Below, piece after piece: positions 38,085 through 51,879 of a DNA stretch of 64,000 bases. The translations under genes were made by a program, and so were the position numbers. The notes beneath the pieces were generated by a model, which made no database searches, was not told the DNA's origin, and saw only the letters and a program-made list of their open reading frames with translations. The DNA comes from Octopus sinensis (lineage: Eukaryota): assembly GCF_006345805.1 (NCBI RefSeq), contig NC_043003.1, positions 75,950,001 to 76,014,000 on the forward strand, in the 5' to 3' direction. Each line of letters begins with the position of its first letter. The stretch's first letter is position 1.

Positions 38085-38990
38085 CCAACATCATGGGCCA
38101 GGCTACATCGGACATCCCAAACATACATATTAGAGACCACAGATTACAAGAGGTGGAGAAGTTACCTATCTGGGCTCTACCATCACCTACAACCTATCCC
38201 TTGACGCTGAGCTCAATATACGCATTGGCAAGGCAGCTGCTGCGATGGCCCCACCTCTCAAACGGCTTTGGACAACAAGAAGCTGACCAAGACCACGAAA
38301 ATGAAGATCTACCAGGCATGTGTACTCAGCACTCTACTGTATGGAAGCGAGGACCTGGACGCTATACACACCCAAGAGCGTCGCCTAAACATCTATCACC
38401 TCGCTGCCTCCGAAAAATCCTCCGCATCAAATGGCAGAATCATATCCCCAACAAAGATGTCCTCAGGCAAGCAGGAATACCAAGCATGTTTGTTACTCTC
38501 ACACAAGTCGTATGAGATGGCTTGGGCATGTTAGCCGTATGAAAGATGGCAGAATCCCCAAGGACATACTCTACGAGAGCTTGCTAGGGGTACTAGGTCT
38601 GTGGGTAGACCGATCTTACGTTACAAGGATGTTTGCAAAGGAGATATGAAAGGCCTGCAACATCATATTAGCGGTTGGGAGGCAGTTGCCGGCAACCGTG
38701 GAGAATGGCGACGTACAGTAAAATAGGGAATACAAAAGAGTGACAGAGAGAGAGAGGAGAAATGGAAAAAAGGAAGAGACGTAAACAGAGACTATGGCAC
38801 TACAACCAGCCAGGAACAGTCTTCGCTACATTTGCGGTACCTGCCAGAGGGAGGTTTTTGTCCAGGATAGGACTACACATCCCCACAGCAGGAAATGTAT
38901 CAGGACATGAAATATAAAAGCCGGACTAGACTACTTCATGCGCAACTCCATTGTCTCCCGAGACAGAAAGGATGCCAATACAATACAATA
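38085..38990 (+). mobile_element. RTE (BovB/Expander-like) LINE 3' fragment, younger
   Basis: KMKIYQACVLSTLLYGSE, RKILRIKWQNHIPNKDVL and MRWLGHVSRMKDGRIPKDILY; (CAATA)n tail. Confidence 0.92.
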
Positions 38991-39014
38991 CATATATATA
39001 TATATATAATTTGA

Positions 39015-39965
39015 ATGGAGGCAATACGAACGGAAAACTAGAGGAACAGAAGAGACAGTAACACAACGGCGTTTTGTAGACGTCACCAAGGCATTTGAGA
39101 CCATCAGTTATAAGAGACTTTCAATGTTCATGGAATGGTATGCTTGGCTGCCGAGCAAATTCATCAGCATGGGGCGTCAATTTCAGAAGGTAAGGTCTTT
39201 CAGCACTGGAAATTGAAATTCCGGCGTATTTCCAGTCATTAACTGAGATAAGCAAAGCTCTGTAATCACACCTACACTGTTGTCATTATTTTCTCCGTAA
39301 TGTTTTTGGACTCCATATACAACGTTGAGTGAAACCAGCGTTAAGATGAGATTCTAGAGTGATGGCAGACTCTTCAAATTGAGAAGAGTACAGACTAAAA
39401 TCAAGTTGGAAGAGAAACTCAGTGCATGACTTCATGTTCATAGAAGACCGCACACGCAACGACAACACAGACTGAGATACAACTGATCCTCCATTGCCTG
39501 CAACAAACTTTGAGCTCACAATCAAACCGGATGTAGGATCAACTGTCAATGTCGAAGGGAGAAACTTGAAGGTTGCTGATAAGTTCACGTACTTCAGCAG
39601 TACACTCTCCTTATCTTGAACATTGACGATGAAGTCGATACACACATCGCCAAGGGAAGATCAGCATTGGGGCGGCTACGTGAATCAGTGAGAGAGAGGA
39701 GAGGTATTAGGGTGATCACTAAGTTGGTGTGCCAAGTAATTGCACTGCCTACACTACTGTACGTCGGCAAGCGTTAGATGTTTTATGAACGTCACATCAC
39801 AATGTAGAACTGCTTCCACAAAAAAGACCAAGACAGCTGTTAGTAATCACCTGGCAAGACCAGGCCCAGACACGGAGGTCCTCTTGCAAGCTGATCTGCC
39901 AAGCAGTAACACAGTGCTGTGGAGGCCGCATGTCAGGTGAGCCGGCTACCTTTCGAATGCCTGAC
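39015..39965 (+). mobile_element. Older RTE LINE RT fragment
   Basis: FVDVTKAFETIS and KVADKFTYFSSTLS...IDDEVDTHIAKGRSALGRL motifs. Confidence 0.85.
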
Positions 39966-40055
39966 AGGAAAAAGCGGCCAGGAAATGTATATATATATAT
40001 ATATATGTATATATATACACATATGCAATGTAGATATTATATATATATATATACG

Positions 40056-40095
<40 letters not shown>

Positions 40096-40527
40096 TATAT
40101 ATATACATATGCATGTAGATATATATATATATATATATATATATACGTATGTATATATATATATATATACATATGCATGTAGATATATATAGATATATAT
40201 ACGTATGTATATATATATATATATATATATACCTATGCATGTAGATATATATATATATACGTATATATATATATATATATATATTATAATATATATATAT
40301 ATATAGATAATATATATATTATTATATGTATATTATATATATGTACATGTATATATATGCATATGTATATATATATATATATAAGACTTCTATGTTATAT
40401 ATATATGTATGTATATGTGTATTTATGTATATGTATATAATGTATATAGATATGTGTGTATGCATGTATATATATATTATATATATATATGTACATGAAT
40501 ACATTATATCTGTATGCATATATATAT

Positions 40528-40570
<43 letters not shown>

Positions 40571-42011
40571 GTATGGTTGTCTGTATATATATATTATATA
40601 TATATATATATTATATATATATATTATAGAGAGAGAGAGAGAGGAGCGAGACCGACAGACAGACAGACAGAGATTTCCGTCTAGCACTGTTACTGACAAG
40701 GCTTTAGTCGATCTGAAGTTCTAGCAACGGACAACACACACAAGGTTTAACGCAGTGGGGATGAATCCGAACCATATGTGTTGGGAAGCAAACGTATTTG
40801 TCGGTACAATAATGAAGATATTATCGTACATGCTATACTGTTTGGAAGTGTAAATAAGGTATCGCCAATGAAACTTTATGAAAGAGGATATATCTAATGA
40901 CTTTGGCCGAATATATATTCTCTAATCAAATCTTTTCGCTTTTCTGAGAACATACTACTTGTAATCCTTTTTCTTGAAACTCAGATTAAGCTCTAATCTC
41001 ACAGGGATATACAAAATTTGCAAGCTGAAAATATTTCTATAAAATTTGCACTCGTATGCAAATAAAAAGAAAAACAACAAAATTATCCAAATAAATAAAA
41101 AATCTCAGATTGGATGGATGGCTTTTTAGATTTCCTCATTTTTTCTGGGCGGTTTGAAGTTTGGAGAAACATCTAGAGCAAATTTTTCGACCTTGTTTAC
41201 AAAATAAATAAGTAGACATCGCACTTATAATATACACTCATACATACATAAATGTATGAAGGAACACTCATGGATTACAGATACTAATTCACTATCCGAT
41301 TAATAACGAACGAATACTGTTCCTCTGAGCATGATAAACCGCACAGAAGTACCTGAATGTGTGTGGTGTGTGTTTGTGTATTTATGTGTGTATGTGTGTG
41401 CGTGTATTCATGTATGTATGTGTATGTATGTATGAGTGTATATTTATAAGTGCCGATGTCTACTTATTTATTTTGTAACAAGGTCGAAAAATTTGCTCTA
41501 GATGTTTCTCCAAACTTCAAAACCGTCCAGAAAAAAATGAGGGAAATCTAAAAAGCCATCCATCCAATCTGAGATTTTTTATTTATTTGGATAATTTTTG
41601 TTGTTTTTCTTTTTATTTTGCATACGAGTGCATATTTTATAGAAATATTTTCAGCATTGCAAATTTTGTATATCCCTGTGAGATTAGAGCTTAATCTGAA
41701 GTTTCAAGAAAAAGGATTTACAAGTAGTATGTTCTCAGAAAAGCGAAAAGATTTGATAGAATTATATATTCGGCCAAAGTCATTAGATATATTCCTCTTT
41801 CATAAAGTTTCATTGGCGAATACCTTATTTACACTTCCAAACAGTATAGCATGTACGACAATATCTTCATTAATTGTATCCGACAAATACGTTTGCTTCC
41901 CAAACATATGGTTCCGGATTCATCCCCACTGCGTTAAACCTTGTGTGGTTGTCCGTTGCTAGAACTTCAGATCGACTAAAGCCTTGTCAGTAACAGTGCT
42001 AGACGGAAATC

Positions 42012-42065
<54 letters not shown>

Positions 42066-42100
42066 AATATATAATACTACAACCATACATACATACATAC

Positions 42101-42132
<32 letters not shown>

Positions 42133-42417
42133 ATATATATGCATACAGATATAATGTATTCATGTACATAATATTATATATATATAGGCATACACACATA
42201 TATATATATACATATATATACAATACATAAATACACATATACATACATATATATATACATATATTTATATATATATAGATATATACATATGCATATATAT
42301 ACATGTACATATATATACATACATATATATATATATATCTATATATATACATACGTATATAATATATATCTACATGCATATGTATATATATATATTTATT
42401 AATATATATTACATACG

Positions 42418-42451
<34 letters not shown>

Positions 42452-42519
42452 ATATATTATATATATAATATATATATATATATCCATACGTATATATATA
42501 TATATATATATCTACATGC

Positions 42520-42583
<64 letters not shown>

Positions 42584-42589
42584 CAATTT

Positions 42590-43550
42590 CCTGGCCGCTT
42601 TTTTCCTGTCAGGCATTCGAAAGGTAGCCGGCTCACCTGACATGCGGCCTCCACAGCACTGTGTTACTGCTTGGCAGATCGCTTGCAAGAGGACCTCCGT
42701 GTCTGGCCTGGTCTTGCCAGGTGATTACTAACAGCTGTCTTGGTCTTTTTTGTGGAAGCAGTTCTACATTGTGATGTGACGTTCATAAAACATCCAACGC
42801 TTGCCGACGTACAGTAGTGTAGGCAGTGCAATTACTTGGCACACCAACTTAGTGATCACCCTAATACCTCTCCTCTCTCTCACTGATTCACGTAGCCGCC
42901 CCAATGCTGATCTTCCCTTGGCGATGTGTGTATCGACTTCATCGTCAATGTTCATAGATAAGGAGAGTGTACTGCTGAAGTACGTGAACTTATCAGCAAC
43001 CTTCAAGTTCTCCCTTCGACATTGACAGTTGATCCTACATCCGGTTTGATTGTGAGCTCAAAGTTGTTGCAGGCAATGGAGGATCAGTTGTATCTCAGTC
43101 TGTGTTGTCGTTGCGTGTGCGGTCTTCTATGAACATGAAGTCATGCACTGAGTTCTCTTCCAACTTGATTTTAGTCTGTACTCTTCTCAATTTGAAGAGT
43201 CTGCCATCACTCTAGAATCTCATCTTAACGCTGGTTCACTCAACGTTGTATATGGAGTCCAAAAACATTACGGAGAAAATCATACTGCACAGTGTAGGTG
43301 TGATTACAGAGCTTTGCTTATCTCAGTTAATGACTGGAAATACGCCGGAATTTCAATTTTCCAGTGCCTGAAAGACCTTACCTTCTTGAAATTGACGCCC
43401 CATGCTGATGAATTTGCTCGGCAGCCAAGCATACCCATGAACATCGAAAGTCTCTTATAACTGATGGTCTCAAATGCCTTGGTGACGTCTACAAAACGCC
43501 GTTGTGTTACTGTCTCTTCTGTTCCTCTAGTTTTTCCGTCGTATTGCTCC
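42590..43550 (-). mobile_element. Mirror copy of the older RTE fragment
   Basis: ORFs 42764-43006 and 43304-43552 carry the same motifs. Confidence 0.85.
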
Positions 43551-43569
43551 ATTCAATTATTTATATATA

Positions 43570-44053
43570 TATGTATGTATTGTATTGGCATCCTTTCTGT
43601 CTAGGAGACAATGGAGTTGCGCATGAAGTAGTCTAGTCCGGCTTTTATATTTCATGTCCTGATACATTTCCTGCTGTGATGTGTAGTCCTATCCTGGACA
43701 AACACTCCCTCTGGCAGGGTACCGCAAATGTAGCGAAGACTCTTCCTGGCTGGTTGTTGTAGTGCCATAGTCTCTTGTTTACGTCTCTTCCTTTCTTTCC
43801 ATTTCTCCCCTCTCTCTCTCTGTCACTCTTTTGTATTCCCTCTTTTACTGTACGTCGCCATTCTCCACGGTTGCCGGAACTGCCTCCCAACGCTAATATT
43901 GATGTTGCAGGCCTTCATATCTCTTTTGCAAACATCCTTGTAACGTAAGATCGGTCTAACCACAGACCTAGTACCCCTAGCAGCTCTCCGTAGAGTATGC
44001 CTTGGGGATTCTGCCATCTTTCATACGGCTAACATGCCCAAGCCATCTCATAC
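43570..44053 (-). mobile_element. Mirror copy of the younger RTE 3' end
   Basis: GTRSV.RPILRYKDVCKRDMKAC. Confidence 0.9.
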
Positions 44054-44760
44054 TATGTCTACCCATAGCTTAACAATTATTTCCAGGACCTCAAAGTATG
44101 CGGCAGAATTAAATCTAAGGCCTTCTGGAAAGAAGCATCACATGACCTTCATTGCTGACAACGCCTATGGCAGCTGCAGGAAATTTCGTATGCATAAAAC
44201 ACTTCAGAAGGATCAGCACGTAACCATCTGTCATTTCTTCTGTTAACTTTTTGATCTCGATCAAGTCTTTCCCGTTTGAGAAAAAACAAATCAAATCTTC
44301 TGCTGGATTTTTCAATTTGTTAAAGAGCATTTTAGATCTGATGTCGTGCTTCTCATTTCCTTTTTTTTTTTTGACAAATATCTGATGTCTTCCTAGACAA
44401 CATTTCTAACTGTTCCTTCTGACACATGGAAACATTTTGCAATTAACTCCATGTATTTCTGGAATTGTAATCAATGATCTGATGAACGTGTTGGATAAAT
44501 ACAGGTGTTGTGATGCTTTGAGAGCGTTTAGAAGGCTTTTTACGCTTTGATACTGGTGATACGATTCCAACTTTAGTCTCTAGGTTCTTAAAAACTATGT
44601 AGACGAAAGATCTGGCAACTAATAAAAATCGAGATACTTCTAAATCACTATATTCAACCTTAACAACCACAATAACAGCATGCCTCTTCATTTGGGTAAG
44701 CCGAGTGTCTGCTATCATTATTTTCTGAAACAATAATTATACAGAGTTAGCAAAAAATGC
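44054..44760 (-). mobile_element. Tc1/mariner maT (DD37D)-like transposase relic, truncated before the second catalytic D
   Basis: MKRHAVIV...VSKRKK HTH region; CFFS(D)..; MHTKFPAA..GVVSNEGHVM; subfamily assigned from recalled motifs, and the DD spacing is not visible. Confidence 0.7.
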
Positions 44761-45226
44761 AGCAATGATCCAAAAAAGCTATGTCCTGAAATAACTTATG
44801 CACTTTCACTTGTGACCATCTTTCTTTTCCAGCACGGACGTTCAAAGGACTGGACGTTTTCTCTGTCTCTCTTTTATCTTTTCTCCCAAGGTTCACTATT
44901 TTCCTCTCATTCTGGTCTAACGACTCTCCATGTTTGTTTTCGTTCGGTTTCCTTGTTTGTCTCCACTGTCCTGTTTTTCTTCCCAAATTTGACCCTCCAT
45001 AAATCCTAAATTTTATTTTAGAATCTATGGGAGCAGCTGTCCTAAAAGACTCATATTGTCGCTGAATGCTCGAAATGAGGAGTAGATAGACAGCCGACAA
45101 CCGTCCTGTTTTCCATTTTCTCTCGTTGTTTGCGTATGCAACTCGTTTGTTTTTGCTTTCCAAGTTGTTTACACAGTTGGTGACGTCCTGTATCCATAAA
45201 TGCATATATACATACATACATACCTT

Positions 45227-45273
<47 letters not shown>

Positions 45274-45274
<1 letters not shown>

Positions 45275-45677
45275 GAACATCTATAAAGAGAAGTTCTTAC
45301 ACCTGTTTCCAGGATATTTTATATATTTCTTCATCGGAGAAGGGTGCGGGAAAATGGTTGAGCAATAGTTATTCTAGATAAAATATGAAATACAGAGTGA
45401 AGTGGAGGAAAGGAAATAGACGTGAGATATGCAGGGCTATTGTATCTGCAGTCCCATTATTTAGGCAGAATGGTATACATATAAGATTCCTGTACCTTGT
45501 GAGTAAATTCCAATAGTATTTCCCTGCATATCTCACGTTCATGCCCTCACTTCACACTCTATTTCATATCTTATCTTGAAGAACTATTGATTAACTATTT
45601 TTTCAAACCTTCTCCAATGAAGGGATGTATAAAATATTCTGGTAACAGCTGTAAGATCTTCTCTTTATAAATGTTCT
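45274..45677. mobile_element. MITE-like element with ~160-bp diverged TIRs
   Basis: agaacatctataaagagaag...acgtgagatatgcaggg pairs with ccctgcatatctcacgt...cttctctttataaatgttct. Confidence 0.8.
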
Positions 45678-45923
45678 GAAATCTTTCACAGCCTTGGATT
45701 TTTATCTCACCCTGTTAATTTTTTTTATATATACGCATGCTGATATATAACCGACGTTCGACTCTTCATTTGCATAATCACCGAACAGACATATACATAT
45801 ATATATCATTTACAGACATATATATATTATTTACATGATATATGTGTATATATATATATAATTATATATATATATATATATATATATAGATATTATATAT
45901 ATCTATATATATATATAATAATA

Positions 45924-46760
45924 TTTAAAATGAGGGTGTCTAGAAGACACCAACATGCCGAAATAGCAGTCGAAACTCTGACTATAAAACCACGTTAAAT
46001 GTTCATATCGCACCATGAGGTAAAGCGGAGGGAGAAACATACAAGCAAAAATTATTGAATAATTCAAGATCCAAGGATTTCTGGTTCTGCTTTAAATAAG
46101 CTTTACCGTCATCAATTGAATATATCAAGGGTACATAAATACAGATATATATATATGCACAGCAAACGATATACTTACATATATACTTACATATACGAGC
46201 GTCGTACCTTTGTAAGGTATTTCTTTCATGCTGGCCACTTGATAATTTCGACACTTAAATATCGATATTATCCTCATATATAAATTTATATAATTCGTTA
46301 TTATATTCACTGCGGTGCTTATTTTAACCATATCGTTATTGTGAGGTGTTGGCGGGCAATTCAGACTGGCTGTGTCCATACGTGCATATGTATGTGTGTA
46401 CGGACGCTCGTATATGTAAGTATATCGTTTGCTGTGCATATATATATCTGTATTTATGTTACCCTTGATATATTCAATTGATGACGGTAAAGCTTATTTA
46501 AAGCAGAACCAGAAATCCTTGGATCTTGAATTATTCAATAATTTTTGCTTGTATGTTTGTCCCTCCGCTTTACCTCATGGTGCGATATGAACATTTAACG
46601 TGGTTTTATAGTCAGAGTTTCGACTGCTATTTCGGACATGTTGGTGTCTTCTAGACAGCCTCATTTTTAATTAAAAAAATTTTTTTTTTTACCTTTGTAA
46701 GGTATTTCTTTCATGCTGGCCACTTGATAATTTGGACACTTAAATATCGATAGTATCCTC

Positions 46761-46845
<85 letters not shown>

Positions 46846-47690
46846 ATATAATATAATTTAAAATGAGGGTGTCTAGAAGACACCAACATGCCGAAATAGC
46901 AGTCGAAACTCTGACTATAAAACCACGTTAAATGTTCATATCGCACCATGAGGTAAAGCGGAGGACAAACATACAAGCAAAAATTATGAATAATTCGAAT
47001 CCAAGGTTTCTGGTTCTGCTTTAAATAAGCTTTACCGTCATCAATTGAATATATCAAGGGTACAAATACAGATATATATATATATGCACAGCAACGATAT
47101 ACTTACATATATACTTACAATACGAGCGTCGTACCTTTGTAAGGTATTTCTTTCATGCTGGCCACTTGTAATTTCGACACTTAAATATCGATATTATCCT
47201 CATATATAAATTTATATAATTCGTTATTATATTCACTGCGGTGCTTATTTTAACCATATCGTTATTGTGAGGTGATTTGGCGGGCAATTCAGACTGGCTG
47301 TGTCCATACGTGCATATGTATGTGTGTACGACGCTCGTATATGTAAGTATATCGTTTGCTGTGCATATATATATCTGTATTTATGTACCCTTGATATATT
47401 CAATTGATGACGGTAAAGCTTATTTAAAGCAGAACCAGAAATCCTTGGATCTTGAATTATTCAATAATTTTTGCTTGTATGTTTGTCCCTCCGCTTTACC
47501 TCATGGTGCGATATGAACATTTAACGTGGTTTTATAGTCAGAGTTTCGACTGCTATTTCGGCATGTTGGTGTCTTCTAGACAGCCTCATTTTAATTAAAA
47601 AAATTTTTTTTTTTACCTTTGTAAGGTATTTCTTTCATGCTGGCCACTTGATAATTGGACACTTAAATATCGATAGTATCCTCATATATA
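45924..47690. repeat. Two tandem copies (45924-46766 and 46857-47690; offset 933) of a fold-back unit with ~270-285-bp arms
   Basis: Unit 1 arms ~45924-46209 and ~46397-46669; the spacer start is repeated after the right arm; both units share this layout. Confidence 0.93.
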
Positions 47691-47695
47691 ATATA

Positions 47696-47751
<56 letters not shown>

Positions 47752-49559
47752 ATATATATATGTATATATACGCATACACATAATTGCAAAAATGTATTAA
47801 TGTATACATTCCTATATGTATGCATGCGTGTGAATGCTAGTGTTTTTATGAGAGTATATGTTTAATACACACTCATACAACAAAGCGATGATGAATAACA
47901 AGCGCATTTGAAACTTTGAATTCACATACCATGCAATGCTCTGAAACGGATGAACTATCAACATTTTACTCTAATATCTAGTTACTACTCCTTATATTAG
48001 GATATCAAATGAATGGGTAGCAAAATAGTGGCCAATATTTTCTAATCGAACGGTAATAGTTTTTACTTTCTTATAAATGAGAAGAGTAATGTAATTACAT
48101 GCAGGGTGAGTTTTCAGTAATTGTATTTTCTGTTTCATATGTAAGAAAGTTGCCTAGACATTTTTGAAGCAATGCAATTTGCATGGTTTGACAATTTGTA
48201 TGAATTCAGCTCCAAGTTTTGTCAGACGGAGTGTGAGTCAGTTGAACAAGCCGTTAAGCATAACTTAATATACCACACAAAAAGAATTTTATATGAACTT
48301 GACTTCTTTCGCATTGAGCCTCTGCATCAGAAAATGTCCTGTTTCCATACTTATAATAGATTAAAAATCATAAGCTGATCTGTTTAGACGTTAGATTTGT
48401 TATATATTGAGTTGCTTACAGAGTTTAGTATATACTCTCAAAGATTTGCATATTTTGGAAATGTCAAGCGAAGTGCATTAGTGACGGATATGAAGTAATT
48501 AGAACAAACTGAGATTTCACAGCGATTCGTGACCATGTTTCGATGAATCCTACTGATTTGTAATGCTTAAAGTAATACATTTTTATTGGTTTGGGATTCG
48601 TATTTGCTTGTTTGCTTATTTTACTTTTTTGCTAATGCTCTGAATATATGCGCACATTTAATAGAAACGTGAGATATTTGGTCGATTTTCTGCTTTGCAC
48701 GTTTTGTCTATATCTGCGAGATAAAAGCTAAAGCTTCTGACAGGGTTTCAAATTACAAGATATAAAAGAGACTAAAATGAATGCAGAACCTTATTTAACA
48801 GATGAAAAAATATTCACAATCACAAAGTTAAACAATTGTAGGACAGATAGGATAAAAGGGAGATAAGTACTGAGAGACTTCGTAAATTAGTTTCAATTAT
48901 AACTAGTATTCGTTCAGGGAAAACAGAATGGCTGACAGGATGGAAAACAGTATGGCTGAAAAAAGGATGGCTGACAAAGGCAAATGAACGTTCGACGGCG
49001 GAGACTCGAAATTCGAACACAGAAGTTAAAAAGAAATTATTGTAAATTATATATTCTCTATTATGCCAATCCACCGATCTAAACTATCCTAATATAATCA
49101 TAGAAAAACAAATCGATTTATCATTTTATTTTACACAGATTTATAGAAATGTAATAGAAAAACATAATATGATATTAATATACTTAAAATGTGATTACAG
49201 TGCACTGTAATTTAATATAATATGATATATTATAAATAATACGTATTGTAATAAATATATAAACAGCAATATGATAGAAATGAAACATCAGAAAACAGTC
49301 ACGTGCTGGGAAAGCTGTAAAACAGCATACAACATAATCGTGAAACATTGAACAGTTCTGTCGCCCTCCACTCTCACCCTCTCAGTTTCTCACTAATAGA
49401 TATGAATATGTGCGCGTGTGTGAGCGTGAGTGTACGTGTATTTGTTTGTATGCATCTATTTATATATGTGGGTGCATATATATGTATGACAGCATGCGTG
49501 TTTGTGTTTGTGTATGTAAATGTATGTATTGACACATGCGTAAAGGCACGTCCACACAC

Positions 49560-49569
49560 ACACATATAC

Positions 49570-49640
<71 letters not shown>

Positions 49641-50015
49641 ACACACTTAGACACAGTTGCGCAGATTCACACACGCATACACATATACATACATCTATCA
49701 TAATCATTGTGTGTGCGTATGTGTGTGGTTGCATGTGTGTGTGTGTGTGTGTAAGTCTGTTTATAGATACATACAGAAAGCAGCAAAGAGAGCGAGAAAG
49801 ATAGAGGCTGGAGAAAAACACACAGAGAATATAGATATGTATATACACAGACACAAACACACATACAGATATATATATATATACATATACATAAATATAT
49901 ATATATATATATATATGTAGGTCCCGGGTTGATCCGGGGTTAACCACAGTAAGTAAGGTATATATATATATATGTATATATATACATATATACATACACA
50001 TAAATACACACACAC

Positions 50016-50050
<35 letters not shown>
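49560..50050. repeat. (CA)n/(TA)n/(TG)n microsatellite cluster
   Basis: Direct reading. Confidence 0.9.
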
Positions 50051-50057
<7 letters not shown>

Positions 50058-50759
50058 AAAAATTATATGAGATAGAGACGATAAGGAAGAGACAAAGAAA
50101 GGGAGGAAAGGGGATTGAAATGTTATTTTCTCATCTTAAAGTAAATCTTACGTTGACACACTGAATTCACTGCTCACATCACCTACCCCACCAACCCCAT
50201 CAAATGAGAAGCTTTAAAACAAGATGGACACAAATCTGACAGTGAGTCGATTTAAGTTTTAACGATGTAAAATGAAACAAAAAAAATTGTATATAATACA
50301 CTAAACAACCGACAATTTTCGTCAATTAAGATTTTGATGTAGCATCAAACGGTACGTTACCTGACAGGACGTGATTTGTTAGTTGGGATGATAGTTTAAG
50401 TGCATTCAGCAACAGAGCGCCGAAACAAATCTACATGAAACAGAGATGCACACAAACATTTATACATTAAAGATATATATAACCACAATATACACGAACA
50501 TACATGCTCATTCAATATAAATAGATATACATAATGATTTTTATCTTATATATTTGTACGTACACGCACACTTAATATGAAAAAATATTCAAATATACAA
50601 ATGTGCAAAAATATAAATACATATACATAAGTATGCATGTGTGTGTGTATATGTATGTATGTGTGTGTGTACGTACGTAACTATGTACGTGAGGATGTTA
50701 GGCTCTTTCCGTGTGAATATGAATATATTATGAGCATATATATATAAATATATATGTAC

Positions 50760-50880
50760 GAAAGGTTTCTTTCGGCTTCTGTCTACCAAAACCACACACA
50801 ATGCTTTGGTAAGCCCAAAGTGTAGTAGAAGACATTTACCATGGCGTGAAGCAGCGGGGCTGAACCCGGAACCACACACA
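50760..50880 (-). mobile_element. SINE family C head fragment
   Basis: gtagtagaagacattt...ctgaacccggaacc. Confidence 0.7.
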
Positions 50881-50882
50881 CC

Positions 50883-50919
<37 letters not shown>

Positions 50920-50952
50920 TATATATATAAGACCAAAAGGGTACGTGCACCG

Positions 50953-51010
<58 letters not shown>

Positions 51011-51024
51011 TATATATGTAAAAA

Positions 51025-51300
51025 AATACAAACTGGGACAAGAACACAAAACATTTAGCAGACGATCCAAAAAACACGGACGGGACATTCGAAGCCTTCA
51101 ATCTTCAGTCAAGAACCAAATCATCCTCGCAATTTCGGCTGATTAATCTTGAGATCACTCCGATCCGGCCAGCCCCAAGGAAAAACTAAGCTACGAGCAG
51201 TAGATTTCTTGGAAAAAGGATCGAATGAATACGAAACAAGGACAGAAAAACGGACGATGCCACACGAACGTAAATACAAAAACAATAATAGTAATAACAG
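51025..51300. mobile_element. Interspersed repeat related to 17100-17380, opposite orientation
   Basis: Shared cttgagat...ggccagccccaaggaaaaactaagcta segment. Confidence 0.7.
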
Positions 51301-51367
51301 GACAAAAACAGCGGGTGACTTACGACTATAGACAGTACAACTTAGCTTAGCTGGCGCATTTTTTTAC

Positions 51368-51401
<34 letters not shown>

Positions 51402-51404
51402 CTG

Positions 51405-51783
51405 GTTGGCACTCTGTCGGTTAAGACGACGATGGTTCCAGTTGATCCGATGAATGGAACAGCATTCTCGTGAAATTAACGTGCAAGTGGCTGAGCACTC
51501 CACAGACACGTGTACGCTTAACGTAGTTCTCGGGGAGATCCAGCATGACGCAGAGTGTGACAAGGCTGGCCCTTTGAAATACAGATACAACATAAAGAGG
51601 AAAAAAGTGTGAGACAAAGGTATTGGGAAAGTGTACAGCAAGGTTCGCCACCATCACCTGCCGGAGCCTCGTGGAACTTTAGTTGCTTTCGCTCAATAAG
51701 TACTCATAACGCCCGGTCTTGGAATCGAAACCGTGATCCTACGAACTCGAGTCCGTTGCCTTAACCACTGGGCCAGTGCTCCT
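51405..51783 (-). mobile_element. tRNA-derived SINE sharing the family B 3' half but with a different central domain
   Basis: Head ggagcactggcccagtggttaagg...gtttcgattcc; tail matches 35370-35520; centre does not match the CORE segment. Confidence 0.85.
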
Positions 51784-51835
51784 CCACACACACACACACA
51801 CACATACACACGCATACACACAAACATGCACACAT

Positions 51836-51879
<44 letters not shown>

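Larger units (their letters stand above)
38510..44053. repeat. Large inverted duplication: arms 38510-41250 and 41423-44053, 172-bp spacer
   Basis: Continuous reverse-complement correspondence through RTE pieces, microsatellites and unique DNA; differences are mostly small indels. Confidence 0.95.

Noticed and set aside
48250-48350. Minus-strand YGNRTFSDAEAQCERS resembling a C-type lectin start
   Set aside because: The frame stops soon after, with no convincing donor and no further lectin motifs
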